Below are positions 27,385 through 43,024 of a stretch of 64,000 nt of DNA, one piece after another. Under the pieces are notes generated by a model that had not been told where the DNA came from, did not search any database, and was given only the letters and a program-made list of their open reading frames with translations. This stretch comes from Octopus vulgaris (taxonomy: Eukaryota). The position numbers and the translations under genes are program-made. Position 1 is the stretch's first letter. The number at the start of each line of letters is the position of its first letter. The stretch covers positions 61,008,001 to 61,072,000 of the forward strand of contig OX597832.1 of assembly GCA_951406725.2 (NCBI GenBank), read 5' to 3'.

Positions 27385-27590
27385 TGAGGGAATTGTCTCG
27401 ATATAACCTCGACATAGTTGCAACCTCAGAAACGAGGCTCTCTGACGACGGCCAGTTAGAAGACCAGAGACTGGCTACACTTCATATTCCAAGCCAATCT
27501 ACGTGGAGAAGCTCTTAAAACGCAGTTGAAGCAGCATTTAACAGAGCTCCTGTATGTCCTTTCCGATCGTATGATGACACTATGGTTGCA
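27385..27590 (+). pseudogene. RTE APE-endonuclease N-terminal fragment
   Basis: MRELSRYNLDIVATSETRLSDDGQL matches the RTE EL.RY.IDI.ALSETR..G.GQL motif. Confidence 0.75.
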
Positions 27591-27728
27591 ACATATCTCG
27601 AAACAATTCATGATAATGATTAGTATTAATGTGCCGTATATATTTCCTCTCCTTCGACGAATTGCCGGTCCGTCGTAGGATTACTCATTTTTGCCAGCTA
27701 AGCGGACGGGACCAACGTGACATGAAGT

Positions 27729-28146
27729 CACGTTGTGTTAACAACAAACAAGATGAGGACAAATATCCGTCAAATGTAAACAATGTACATAATTCCTCAT
27801 CTCTTAAATATAGAACTGTATTATCTAATCAGTACAGAGCCGACATTAGATTTCAATGGAGACATGTAGAGAAACTCCATCAAAAACTAGCTCGTCTTTC
27901 AAACCATCAAACTTTCCTGTGTAGATGTAGAGGCTCAAAGCTAATACCACTTGGCTTGAATATAATGACACCAGTGGATTCATGTAACGCTAGAAGAGTA
28001 GCGGAAAGGGTAGGACATGCCTTCGTCCGTGAGAGGATCCATTATAACCGTTGTGTTAACAACAAACAAGATGAGGACAAATATCCGTCAAATGTAAATA
28101 ATGTAAATAATGCACATAATTCCTCATCTTTTGAATATAGAACTGT
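27729..28146 (+). mobile_element. Penelope-like mini element: direct repeat - ORF N-terminus - direct repeat, 12-bp TSD, inserted in a SINE C
   Basis: TSD GTGACATGAAGT at 27717-27728 and 28147-28158; repeats at 27731-27819 and 28049-28146. The peptide RHVEKLHQKLARLSNHQTFLCRCRGSKLIPLGL...RERI is typical of PLE N-termini. Confidence 0.82.
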
Positions 28147-29022
28147 GTGACATGAAGTGTTTTGCTCAAGAATACAACGCGTCATCCTGTCCAGGAATCG
28201 AAACCACTAAGCCATGCGCCCCGAACCTCACCGATAATTTTAATTCACTTAATCCAAGCGCTTACAAATTGAAAGTGCTCAACGACCAATTAGAAATATG
28301 CAAAAAGAACGAATTGCCAAATCATTCTTGGGCAGGATACATTTGAATATATATATGACGGTACATTCTCCCAAACATCGAGTTATTTTGACAACTACTC
28401 GCCTCTTCAGCCAAAGTAGAGAAAAAGTTTCCTGTAAAAGAAATTGCGATCAACCAAGAGTATTTACACATAAATGACTGAGATGTACAAAGAGACAGAC
28501 GTGTGAACTACTGGAAGTACCTAACGAGTACACTGCTAAGGAAAATATGTTAGGACAGTTAAAATTCTAAGGAGCATTTTTATGTGGTATCTTGATATAC
28601 ATTCACTTTATGTGGCACATCTTAATTGGTCTGCTTGGAAAAATTAATTACAGAGTGTGCAGTATAACCAATGAGAAATATACTGGGACTATGTTCAGCA
28701 TGTATGTGAAATAAATAGAAACAGTGAGTTTTGGAAATACTCATAGAAAGAAAGTTTACTTTATGGTAATATTCGTGTCATAGTGATGAGCTTAGCAGAA
28801 TCATTAGCACACCGGATAACATTTTTAGCGACATTTCTTCCGGCTCTTTAAGTTCTGAGTGGAAATCAGAGTCGATGTAATCAACTTGTACCCTCCCCTC
28901 AAAAATTGCTATCTTGATCCTCGCAAATGATCGGCATCCCGTTCAGGGGTAATGCTGTGATTTTGGTCACTTATACGCCATGGAATCCGGGTTACAGACC
29001 TTGCCAGTCCAATGGCTCCAGC

Positions 29023-29099
<77 letters not shown>

Positions 29100-29129
29100 A
29101 ATAACAACAACAACAACAACAACAACAAC

Positions 29130-29185
<56 letters not shown>

Positions 29186-30660
29186 CAATAAAATTAAAAA
29201 TTAAAAAAATTAAAAATTGAGGTCATCTTGATGTATTTGCGTGTACTCGCTTCTTCAACAATTACAGAAAGAGACATGTATAGATAAATGTAAACAAATA
29301 CGTGTCAACAAGAGGACGAATAAAGAGTACTCGATTCCGAATAATGAATTATATAATATATTTATTGGACGGTGGAACTTTATAATTGTGACTTTGGCTC
29401 TCATGGTTCTGAAAGATGTTATAGAAAATGTTGTGACTCTGACTCTCATGATTCTGATAAACAGACGTTGTAGAAAATGTGAACATGAAAGGTGGTATAT
29501 AATAAGCTTGCACTAGCGATATTTTATTATGATAGAGAACTCTGGTGGATTGCCATGAGATAAAGAAATTATATTCATGGTTTATGACGTAATCACTATT
29601 TGAAAATCACATGATTGATACTAAGCACTAAGGAAAAGATTAACTAATTTTTTCTAATTTTGCTACAAAACCAACAATTTTGAGGGGAGAAGAAACCGAT
29701 TACATCGATCCCAGCACTGAACTAGTAACTGTTTCGTCGACACCGAAAAGATGAAAGGAAAAGCTATTAAAGATTTTGTTCGACGCAATAACGATTTTGC
29801 CAGCGTCTCTATCAGGGAAGAGAAATATATATCGGAATATTCAGCCCATTAGTTGAAGAATTTACTGCGTCAATCAATTACTATGTAAATATTTCGAAAA
29901 AAGTTAGCAGTAACTATTTTCTCACTTAAAGCAAGCTTGCAGTATAGATTTGATTCTTTAAGTTGCCAGATGTACTTGAGAAAGCCTGTGGAAAATTTTC
30001 TTTCGGTTTTCTATGATGATTGACTATGTTGGTAGAAACAAAGAATAAAGCAATTCTCTTTTAATACGATATAAGGAAATTAAGACTAATATTTTCGAGT
30101 TGGATTAACGCTGTCAAAAGGTAATTACCGTCAAAGGGCTATTATAGCTAGAAGAAGGAAACAATTGGTATTGTTTGAAAGGTTTCTGTAATTAAAGTTA
30201 TGAATATAATTACAAAACTTTACAATATGAATAGCTTACTTTAGATGTGTTTCTATTAAAAACTTGATATTTTGATACAGTGTAATATGAAAACGGGGAT
30301 TCAGTTTCGCGTGTGTCTAACAATATGTGCGCTAATTCTGAAAGAATACATCATCGAAGATTCTGTCTACGTCGTCAGTAAAACCAGTTTCAGTAAATGA
30401 TTGGTTCTAATAAGATCACAAAAATTTGGTCTCCGGGGCAATAGCATGAAACTTGCCCAAGATGCCTTACGCAGTGGGGACTGAACCCTGAACCATGTGG
30501 TTGGTTAGCAAGCTCACTGTACCACATAGCTACTCCTGCGCCTATAATGTGCGTGTGTGTGTGTGTGTGGTAATATATATATATGTATATTTATATATTT
30601 GTACATATGAATATATGTATATGTAAGTTACGTGTGCATGTGCATTTATGTGTGTGTGTG

Positions 30661-30701
<41 letters not shown>

Positions 30702-30720
30702 AAACATATTTTTATACCTG

Positions 30721-30765
<45 letters not shown>

Positions 30766-31140
30766 GTCAGTGAGTGCATGTATAAATACATTTCATATGA
30801 TTGGTTCTAATAAGATCCACAAAAATTTAGTCTCCGATGACAATAATGAAACTATACACTTACCAATTTTGGGGACTAAACATTTTAGAACAGTAGGTGT
30901 ATGGGTATATAATTCATGTATACATACACATCGTATATGTGCGTCAGACTCAGATAAAACTTTTACAATATTGAATAACTAAATTCCATTGATTCGCTTG
31001 CAGTTTTATTGAATTATTTTGTTATATAACTGGAATCCATGTCACATTGTTACATAACTTTATGCTTAGGTCATGTGTTTACAAGGAACACACAACCATG
31101 CGCACACCTCATACACACATTGTGTGTGTGTGTGTGTGTG

Positions 31141-31180
<40 letters not shown>

Positions 31181-31850
31181 CTACCTACCTACCTACCTCT
31201 ATCTATCCATCCTCCATCCATCCATCATCCATCCATCCATCCTACCTACCTACCTACCTACCTACCTACCTACCTACCTATCCATCCATCCATCCATGTC
31301 ACATTGTTACATATCTATCTATCTACCTACCTACCTGCCTACCTACCTACCTACCTGCCTGCCTACCTACCTACCTACCTACCTACCTGCCTACCTACCT
31401 ACCTACCTACCTACCTACCTACCTACCTACCTATCTATCTATCTATGTGTCTCTATATGTATGTGTGAGTCAGTGCGTGGTGGATGTATGTATTTGTATA
31501 CCTTCATGCATGTATTTTGTATTTTTCAATGTCTTTGTATATGTGTGTGTATGTGTGTGTGTGTGTGTGTGTATGTGTACACACACACACACACATACAT
31601 ACACGTGAATATTCACACATACAGATATACATTATATCACATATTTACCTCTTTCTCTCCCTCCACCTCTCTCTCTCTCCAAATATCTTTATATACATAC
31701 ATACTTGTGTGCGTGTGAGTGCTTGTGTTTGTGTGTGTGTGTATGTGTGTTTTAATATTTTGCTTAGGCATTGCGAAGCTAATAACCTAGTGTAGAACTC
31801 AATATACGTATTTTTCACAACGAAGTGTTAGAGCGGTAATAAGAGAGATG

Positions 31851-32104
<254 letters not shown>

Positions 32105-32126
32105 AGTGTGGTGACATCGCTATAAT

Positions 32127-32171
<45 letters not shown>

Positions 32172-32236
32172 GAACAGAATGAAAATTGGAAGCAAGAGAT
32201 GGGAGAGAGTAGAAGAAAGAGCTGAAAGAGGAAGAA

Positions 32237-32300
<64 letters not shown>

Positions 32301-32650
32301 GCAGATGAAAAGATAGAAAGAGATTTTCTGCCAGGGATATAGACAGACACTTTATCCTGTATTTTGCTAACCTAATTCAAACACGCAACACTATTTTTGT
32401 TAGGAAAAAAGAAAAAAAAAACACAAACATTAAGCTGCGTGCCACCACACCCACGCATTGTGGTTGGTTATAAATGGTTTTCAATTGCTGCTGCGAAATG
32501 ACACCCCCCTTCACCCCCACACACACCGTAGGCAGGCAAGCCTTGCAGACTGTCCCGGTGAGTTGTGTCATATAAGTATGGCGCAGAGTAGGTCCTCTTT
32601 TGAAACAGGTGGATATATGGTAATGGGGAGGATATGTGTGCTTAGGAGGG

Positions 32651-32703
<53 letters not shown>

Positions 32704-32728
32704 GCAGATGAAAATAGAGAGAAGGCAA

Positions 32729-32766
<38 letters not shown>

Positions 32767-32841
32767 CAGAAAGAGAGTGACGCATAGACGAATGAGTTTT
32801 TATAATGACGAGTTATATCGGAAGTCTACCTGAATATATGG

Positions 32842-33760
<919 letters not shown>

Positions 33761-33979
33761 AAAAAACAGAAAGAAGAAAATGTACTGTGAAGTTGATCGT
33801 GGATTTACATTTTTCAAAATATGCTACCGGTTTCAATCGCTTAAAAACACGAATTAGTCATGCTGAAATAAAGAGAAAAGTTTGAAATGTTTCATTATAT
33901 CAATTCTGGAAGTTCGCATGTTCTTCTTACAAACCGCATGGTGCTAGAATTTCGTTTCCTTAATTTCACATATATCTTG

Positions 33980-34380
33980 AATCTTTTATCTTTTATTTCA
34001 GTCACTAGACTGCGGCCATGCTGGAGCATCGTCTTGAAGAAATTTTAGTCGGACGAATCAACCGCAGTACTTATTGTTTTTAAATCTTGGTACTTATTCT
34101 ATCTGTTTCTCTAATCAAATTACTGTGTTACGAGGATGTAAACACACTAACACCAGTTGTCAAGCGTTGGTGGGGGGTAAACATAGTCGCAAAGACACAC
34201 ACGCACACACACATGTATTTACCACGGGTTTCACTCAATTTCCGTCTACCAAATCCACTCACACGGTTTCGATTGGCTCGGAGCTATAGCAGAAACACTT
34301 GCTCAAGATGCTACGCATTGAGCTGAACCCGGAGACATGGTGTTCTGAAGTAAACTTTTTACCATGCAGCCCCACTTCCT
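33980..34380 (-). mobile_element. Degenerate SINE family A
   Basis: GACTGCGGCCATGCTGGAGC and TTTCCGTCTACCAAATCCACTCAC blocks. Confidence 0.7.
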
Positions 34381-34389
34381 ATACACACA

Positions 34390-34440
<51 letters not shown>

Positions 34441-34522
34441 ACACACAATGGAATCTCGGTTTACGAATTTTATTCGTTACTGAAGGCCGTTCGTTACCCG
34501 AAATTTTCGTAAACCCAAACTA

Positions 34523-35407
34523 TTGGGTCATCCTATAAATAATGCGGTTTTTCCAATTGCATGAACTAAAAGTCGGAGGGGGAGGGGATAAACTACCAGC
34601 ATCAACTGGTTATAAATGAGGTAGTAATCTTATCTTGTCCTTATTATTAGTGCAAGTTTTGAAGAGTGCAATTCGATTTTAACTTATTTTTTTCAAAGCT
34701 ATAATGGAAGTGACAAAGGAGCATATTCGGCATATTTTGCTTTATGAGTTCAATAAAGGAAACAACGCAACGGAAAATGCAAGGAATATTAATGCAGTAT
34801 ATGAGGATCGGAAAACAAGCGTAAGCCAGTGTCAATGGTGGTTCTAGAAATTCTGAGCCGGAAACTACCGCCTGGAAGACGAGCTTCGTCCTGGAAGATC
34901 TGTAGAGCTTAAAGGGGACGTCCTGCAAACCCCATCGAAACTGTTGAGGATCTAGCAGAGAAGCTTGGATTTGGTCGTTCAGTCATTCATCGACACCTGC
35001 GCTTGAAGAAAATTGACCATCTTTGGTTTGAAGACGAAAGATGTTCCACCATCAGGATAAAGTTCGGTCACATGCATCGAGGATGACATTCCAAAGGCTG
35101 GAGCAGTTTGAATAGGAAACGATGCCCAACCCACCATATTCGCCGGACATTGATTATCATTAAAAAAAAATCATTTGGACGGAAAAAATAGGAATTCTGT
35201 AGACGAAGTCAGAACAGTACTGGAGGAGTATTTTTCAACACGGACAAGTGAATTTTGGAAGAGGGGCCTTGCAGGTCTACCAGATAAATGGAAGAGCATT
35301 GTAGAAAATGAAGGAGAATATATTTTAGATTAAAAAAGAACTTTATTTTAATATTGAAAGATAAAATAAGTATTAAAAAAAACCTCTTTACTTATGGGAT
35401 GACCCAA
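34523..35407 (+). mobile_element. Internally deleted mariner transposon with TA TSD
   Basis: TIRs TTGGGTCATCCTATAA / TTATGGGATGACCCAA, with TA on both sides. Confidence 0.92.
34704..35333 (+). pseudogene. Mariner transposase pseudogene
   Basis: MEVTKEHIRHILLYEFNKG..WF*KF*AG...LEDE.RPGRS, PPYSPDI and GL..LPDKWKSIVENEGEYILD*. It carries stops, frameshifts and a central deletion. Confidence 0.9.
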
Positions 35408-35658
35408 TATATTTCCCATAGGAAATTCAAGACAAGACACAACGAATTGGAGCAGTGATGTGCACCGAGCTGAAACTATACAGCAATTGACGCTCTCGCA
35501 TTGATGCTCTCCCAGCTTGTCGCCAACCATTGTTGCCGGTTGCCTGTTCGTTTCTCGAGACTCAGTTTATTACCCGAGACATTTTATGTTCGAAAAGTTG
35601 TTCGTAGACCGATTTATTCGCCACGAGAGGCATTTGTAAACCGAAGTTTTGCCATACG

Positions 35659-35692
<34 letters not shown>

Positions 35693-36044
35693 CATGGTTA
35701 CATATATCTATGTATATAAATTCTTTTGTTCCTTTACTTGTTTCAGTTATTTTGTGGCCATGCTGGAGCACCGCCTTAAAGGTTCTTTAGTTGAAGCAAT
35801 CGACCCCAGGACTTATTCTTTGTTAGCCTGGTACTTATTCTATCGGTCTCTTTTCTCGGCCCACTAAGTTACTGAGACGTAAACACACCAAAATCGATTG
35901 CCAAGTGATGATGACGATGATTATGATGATGACGACGATGATGTTGGTGACGATGGTAATGATGATGATGATGATGGTGATGCTGATAGTAAAGGACCGC
36001 CTTTCTCAACACACTTATAAGGCCGTTTACCCTGATTCTGTGGC

Positions 36045-36089
<45 letters not shown>

Positions 36090-36402
36090 CCCCGCCTGGA
36101 CGGGACGCTGGTGTCCATCGCAGAGTTTTCTCAGTTTTTACCAGGTAACTGGACTGGACTGGAGCGATGTGAAATGAAATACAACGTATCGCCTGGTCCT
36201 GGAACCGAAACTACAATCCTACGATCATGAGTGCCACATCTTAACCACCAAAACTACAAATGAACACAGAAACACAATATGGCTGCATACGCCCTGCTTC
36301 TAAATACACACACACACATACACACAAGTAAAAACGCATGTACATATATGTATGTTCAAATGTAAGCATCTATGTATGTATGTATGTATGTATGTATGTA
36401 TG

Positions 36403-36462
<60 letters not shown>

Positions 36463-36720
36463 TATAGTATACTATATTGCTCACTCTAGCACCAGTTAAT
36501 TATATATATATATATATATATACATATATACATATGAGTGTACGTAACAAACACACACATACATGCGCAAATGCACGTGCATATATATACGATTTCAACC
36601 CCACACGGTTTTGGTGGTGAAAAAACCTGGATATTCCGCATTTTGCCATTTTTCTTCATACTTCGTTATCTACCATCCCAACATGTGTGTTGCATATGGA
36701 TGTATAGATTGTGTATGTGT

Positions 36721-36798
<78 letters not shown>

Positions 36799-36799
36799 A

Positions 36800-36830
<31 letters not shown>

Positions 36831-37467
36831 GTACACACAAACACACACGAAATGAAAGAAGAATCCACGGATTGATAACACCAGCATGATGAAAGGAAAG
36901 ATGTGAAGAACATTCTCGAAAACCGTTTTTTTTTTTAAAAGAAAAATTTAAAAGAAAAATTTTAAAGGAAAAGAGATGAATATAAAAGTTCTCCACATAC
37001 ATTGTACATGTTTGGAAAAAACCTCTCACATTCCTATTTTATAAAAGACTTGCCAATTCCACCTGACTTATTTTACAAAAACTTCTTAAATATTCTTTCC
37101 AATATGACGAAATGTTTTGATAAGAATTCTTTTACTGTTTTATTTTTAATCTTTTTACTGGAAGGCGGTCATGCTGGAGTATAGCCTTGAATGGGTTTTG
37201 GTTGATTATATCGAATCTTGTAGATTGTCTGGGATTTATGTTATTGATTTGCGAAGAAAGAATGGTAAAGTTAAACAGCATAGCGTAAAGAAATGGAACT
37301 GGTGTGGAGATAAATTTTACAAGCTATTTTTTCTCTCGATTACTTGAAATCGATGAATGAGCTACCTTTATATACATAATGCATGTCTATCTATATGTGT
37401 GTGTGTGTGTGTGTGCATATATATGCACACACATACATATATATATGTATATATATATATATTTATG

Positions 37468-37670
37468 TTACTAGTTTCAGTCAGTTGACTGCGACCATGC
37501 TGGAGCATCGTATTTAGTCAAATAAATCAGCTCCAGGACTTATTCTTTCTAAGCCTAGTACTTATTTTATCGGTCTCTTTTGCCGAACTGCTAGGTTACG
37601 GGGACGTAAACACGCTAACATCGGTTGACAAGCGATTGTGGGGGAGGGGAGTACAAACATAGACACACAA

Positions 37671-37718
<48 letters not shown>

Positions 37719-37880
37719 GACGGGCTTCTTTCAGTTTCCGTCTACCAAATCCAATCACAAGGTTTTGGTCGGCCCGAGGCTATAGTAGACAATACTTGGC
37801 CAAGGTGTCACACAGTGGGACTGAACCCAGAACCATGTGACTGGGGAGCAAGCTTCTTACCACACAGCCACTCTTGTGCT
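37468..37880 (-). mobile_element. SINE family A
   Basis: Alignable along its length to the other copies. Confidence 0.85.
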
Positions 37881-37953
37881 TGTATCTATAAAATATTAAC
37901 ATAGGTATGTATATATAATATAGAAATACATGCTTGTATATGTATTTGTATGC

Positions 37954-37998
<45 letters not shown>

Positions 37999-38859
37999 AA
38001 TGAATGTATCTGTGTGTGTATATATATATACACATGTATGTATGTATGTATATACTGTCTTTCTGTCTGTGCCTGTGTGTATGTATATATAAATACATAC
38101 GTGACACTAAAATATTCTACACAAGCATGGCAGATAACCAGATATACTAGAGCTCAATACAGTACAAAGCAATAAACTCTCGAACATAGGTAAAGTGAAT
38201 ATCTATCTAAAATGTGACATACACAGTGGAGTAAGCTATAAAGCATGAGTAGAGCTAAACACATTTGAAAGAACAACAGAAAACAGTATATGTGATAGCC
38301 CAAGGAAGTCATTCCTACGGCCGTTTCAGTGATTCTTACATAATATTATTATTACATATTTCGCAGGGATATTTTCACGAAGGATTTATTAAAATACAAG
38401 GTACAAATAATAATTTTCTCTCAAAGCTTCGTTCTCTACTAATATAGTGAATGAAAGTTCAAGAGAAAAAGGGTAAAAATAAAAATAAATAAAGTAATGA
38501 AATAGGATAATAGGTTGCGCAGGTGATTGTTGGAAAATTGATTCACAATAAATCATGTCAAGTATTATAGAATACATCTCAGCACAATTAACAAACCTAG
38601 ACAGTGCTAGTGGGTAATTAACCGTGAATCATGAAGTGTTATTCTCAACAGTAGTAAACCGACAGGAGACATGACACCAAGACATCAAAGAACTGTGACA
38701 CACACACACACAGATTTTAACAAATATATTATTGAGAGGTACAATTGCATACGTAGAATACACTCATTAACTTAGACTCCCCTCTCTTTCTGTATATATA
38801 CACAATACACACACACACATTCAAACATACGTAACACACTCACAGATACATATCGATGC

Positions 38860-38977
<118 letters not shown>

Positions 38978-38996
38978 AATCTATAATATATCTATA

Positions 38997-39027
<31 letters not shown>

Positions 39028-39370
39028 TATATACGTACGTACAAAAATACATACATGAATATACATGCATAGATACTCACACACACATATCTGTGTTTAC
39101 TTTATTTGCATGTGTGTGTGTGTACATCTATGTACATCAGTAATCTTGTAAATCTAACTGTAACTATATGTGTGTGTATGTATGTGTATATGCATATATA
39201 TATATATATATATATATATGCGTATATGTGCATATACATAAATGTGTGTGTGTATATATATATACATATATATATACATATATATATACATATATATATA
39301 TACACATATATATGCGTATATGTGCTTATACATAAAAGTATGTGTGTGTGTGTATATATATATGTGTGTG

Positions 39371-39455
<85 letters not shown>

Positions 39456-40307
39456 GCCCCCTGCAGTGGATTTCAACTCAGAGCATAAAGACCTGACGAA
39501 AATACCTTGTGACAGAAGCATTTTGTTGAGCAATCTAATGATTCCGCCAATCCACTTTAAATCATAAGGATAAAATGAATATTAATAGTTATCGCCAAAG
39601 TAATATGGCAGTCCAGATAAATAGGACGAATGCTGCCGTTGATTAGCTCCAAGAGGCCATCGCCTCAAGCTAGCTAATATACGGCAGCATGCGTCCTATT
39701 TTCCTGGACAGCTGTATTAGCTTGGCGATAACTGATAATATCCAGTACCACTGCCGTAGTTTTTTTAGAGTGACTTAGAAATATTAATATTTCTATTTTC
39801 ATAAAATGAATCCATACAAGAAATTACACTTAAAAGAGGTAAAGGAGAGAACTTACAATTAACCAAAAATTAAATGAAAATAAGCACCAAGGGAGACAAA
39901 CCTGATCTGTGATAATTATTGGAACAACCTTGTGCATGTTTCAAGCTTATTAGGCCTCATCAGTTTAACAAAAACACCACAAAGCTTCCTTAAAATAACT
40001 AAGAGATGTAGTTTGATTGTTTGTTTGTTCATGTGTGCATGTATTTACAAACAAGGAAGTATGCAGTGTATGTTGTAGAGTTTCTTTGTTTGTTTGAAGA
40101 GTATGAATCCCCACATTATTACTCTGAGTTTTCTGACAGTTTATAAACTTGGAGTAAGCATATAAGAAGTTCATTAGCTATGAACAAATGAATTAATCAA
40201 TCTGTCTGTCTGTCTGTTTGCATTTATACACTTGCATTCATAAATACATAAATACATACATGTATATATCTATCTATCTATCTATATATATATATATATA
40301 AACACAT

Positions 40308-40353
<46 letters not shown>

Positions 40354-40374
40354 ATATGTACATATATATACATA

Positions 40375-40449
<75 letters not shown>

Positions 40450-41354
40450 GGGAGAGTGAGAGAAAGGAGAAAGAGAGAGGGTTGAAGTATAAAACCCTAG
40501 TGTTTGAGGAATCATGTGAAACTTATGTCAAAAATGAAATCCTACAATAGCATATGAAAATTAATCAATAGTTGCCCTTATGGTTACAGCCTTGCACAAG
40601 ATTGATAATAGTGAATTGTGAAGAAACAATTGTAAATGATGTATTAAAATGATTTGCTAACTCCTACATTGTGTGTGTGTGTGTGTGTGTGTGTGGTTGT
40701 TATCATCATTACCATCATCATTTAATGTCTGTTTTGCATACTAGTATGGATTTGATGGTTTGACAGGCTCCAATCGTCATTTTGGCATGGTTTCTACAGA
40801 TTAGCATCCTTCCTAATGCCAACCACTTCACAGAGTCTGCTAGATGCATTTTATGTGGCACCAGCACCATTGCTATATATGTGGCACTGGCACAATTACT
40901 TTATAGGTGGCACCAGCATTGGTGCTCCATACATGGCACCAGCGCCTGTGAGCTTGCAAGACAAGGCTCTCTCAGCTGAGAGAGGGAGTGAAACCGAGAG
41001 ATTAGAGTATGGTAGAGGGACAGAGGTAGCTCTCTTATCATCGACGAGATACTCGGCTACTTCAGTAGGACCAGGAAAGAGAGGAAAGTGGGAGTGAGTT
41101 AGAGGCGAAAATAATCCATTGCTGAGACAAACTAAAACAGGGCTTCCAAAAATTGCTTTGAATTGGTTGAGTGAAGGAAGAATATTTTGGATTCCCACTT
41201 TGTTGGTGAGTGGAGAGTTGCAGGTAAGAGGGTGTACAAGGTGTAGAAAATAACAAAAAAGAAAAAGAATCTATTGCTAAAATGCTATAAACAATAATAA
41301 TTCAGTGAGGGTCTCTCAATGGAACTTCTAAATCTGCTGGAAATATCAGCCTAT

Positions 41355-41590
41355 TCAAGTGTGGTTGATGCCAGTACCGCTTGACTGGCCCTCGTGTGTG
41401 TCGGTGGCATGTAAAAAACACCCACTACACTCTTAGAGTGGTTGGCATTAGGGAGAGCATTCAGCTGTAGAAATCTTGCCAGATCAGATTGGAGCCTGGT
41501 ACAGCCCCCTGGCTTGCCAGTCCTTGATTAAACCATCCAACCCATGCCAGCATGGAAAGCAGATACGAAACAACAACGATGATGATGATG
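41355..41590 (+). mobile_element. Non-autonomous retroelement with (GAT)n tail, probably RTE-related; relatives at ~40710-40950(-), 43680-43955(+), 63740-63900(-), 63968-64000(+)
   Basis: GAGTGGTTGGC(A/G)TTAGG.AG.GCAT.CAG and CCAACCCATGC.AGCATGGAAAGCAGA...(GAT)n recur at these loci. Confidence 0.65.
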
Positions 41591-41799
41591 GTGGTTGATA
41601 AAATAAGTGGAGCACTGAGGTCAATCTATTTGATTTGGCCCCTTCCCTCAAAAGGAAGCAACAACACATTGAGTTTAATTCTTTTTTTTTTGTCGTTTAT
41701 TTTCTTCCCCTCCTTATTTCTCCTTTCTTTCTGTGTGTTTTGTTACTTTGTGAGGAAGAAAGGGGCTGTGACCTTAACTTTTTGCAGAGCTTCCAAGAT

Positions 41800-42240
41800 G
41801 AGTATAAGGAGGGAAGGAGGGAAGGAGAGAGGGAAGGGTGAAGAGGGGAGGAAGGAAAGAAAGAAGGGGAAGAAGGAAGGAAGAGAATGAGGCTGGGCAA
41901 AGGAAAGAAGAGAATGGTGGGGGGGAAGAAAATAAAGCAGAGAGAAGGGGAGAATGAATGAATGAATGAATGAAGGAGGGTAGGAAGGAAGGAAGAAAGG
42001 AAAGTGGGAGGGAAGGTGGGAAGGAAGGAAGGAAGGAAGGAAATGAGCCAGGGCAAAAGGAAGGAGGAAATGGGAGGAAAATGAAGCTGAAAGAAATGAA
42101 GAATGAAAGAAGGAATGAAGGAATGAAGGGAGTGAAGTAAAGCAAAGGGAGGTAAGAGAGAATTAGGGAAGGAAAAATAAGCAGAATGAAAAGAAGAATG
42201 AATGAATTAATGAAGGAAGGACGAAAGGAAAGAAGGAATT
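41800..42240. repeat. Polypurine (GGAA/GAA)-rich low-complexity tract
   Basis: Direct reading. Confidence 0.85.
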
Positions 42241-42475
42241 TATCCTCTGATTGGAGACCTGATCCAAAACAGCTTCTGTTTAAAATGACCAACGGAATAA
42301 GCACAAGAGTTAAAACCATATTTACTGTAGTTGATAAACCCTGCAATGCCGTGCCCCAGCATGGCCACGGTCCAATGACTGAAACCAAGTAAAAGGTAAT
42401 ATTCAAGCATGGAATAAAAAAATGGCCATAAACAAACAACAAATAAATAAAATAAACAAACGTAAAAATAAAATT

Positions 42476-42569
<94 letters not shown>

Positions 42570-42830
42570 TAAAAAAATAGCCTAGTGCGACACACAACAA
42601 AATATAAAACGTATGATTGATGAGCTGTTGTCAGCAAAACTTTGAAGTTATATTTATTCGTTAGTTTTGATTAATAAATTATGATTAAAAAATATAAACC
42701 TGTCAAAATCTTGTTTGTTTTTTTTTTGTTTTGAAATCTGCTTCTTTTTTTTTTAAAGCTATTTTTTTTCATCCTCTATTTCTTCTTTATACTTTTCAGT
42801 AATTTATATTTTCAGTTGATAAATAAATAA

Positions 42831-42882
<52 letters not shown>

Positions 42883-43024
42883 TTTCAAAATCTTTAGTAC
42901 TTATATATAACAAAACAGATACACAGACGTTTTTGTTTTTATATATATTTTTACATGCATGTGCATATGTGTATGTGTGTATATGTGTGTGTATATGTTT
43001 TTATGTGTGTGTGTGTGTGGGTGG

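Larger units (their letters stand above)
34446..35654. mobile_element. Tigger-like MITE interrupted by a mariner
   Basis: Degenerate TIRs CAATGGAATCTCGGTTTACGAA / TTTGTAAACCGAAGTTTTGCCA. Confidence 0.6.

Noticed and set aside
39925-39968. Minus-strand CTGATGA-GGC..GCTT-GAAA-CATG-CA hammerhead-like motif
   Set aside because: No stem I and the cleavage triplet is broken. Kept only as a weak member of the overall tally.
41697-42481. Hydrophobic F/L/S/P-rich ORFs resembling membrane proteins
   Set aside because: They are the reverse complement of a (GGAA)n polypurine tract.
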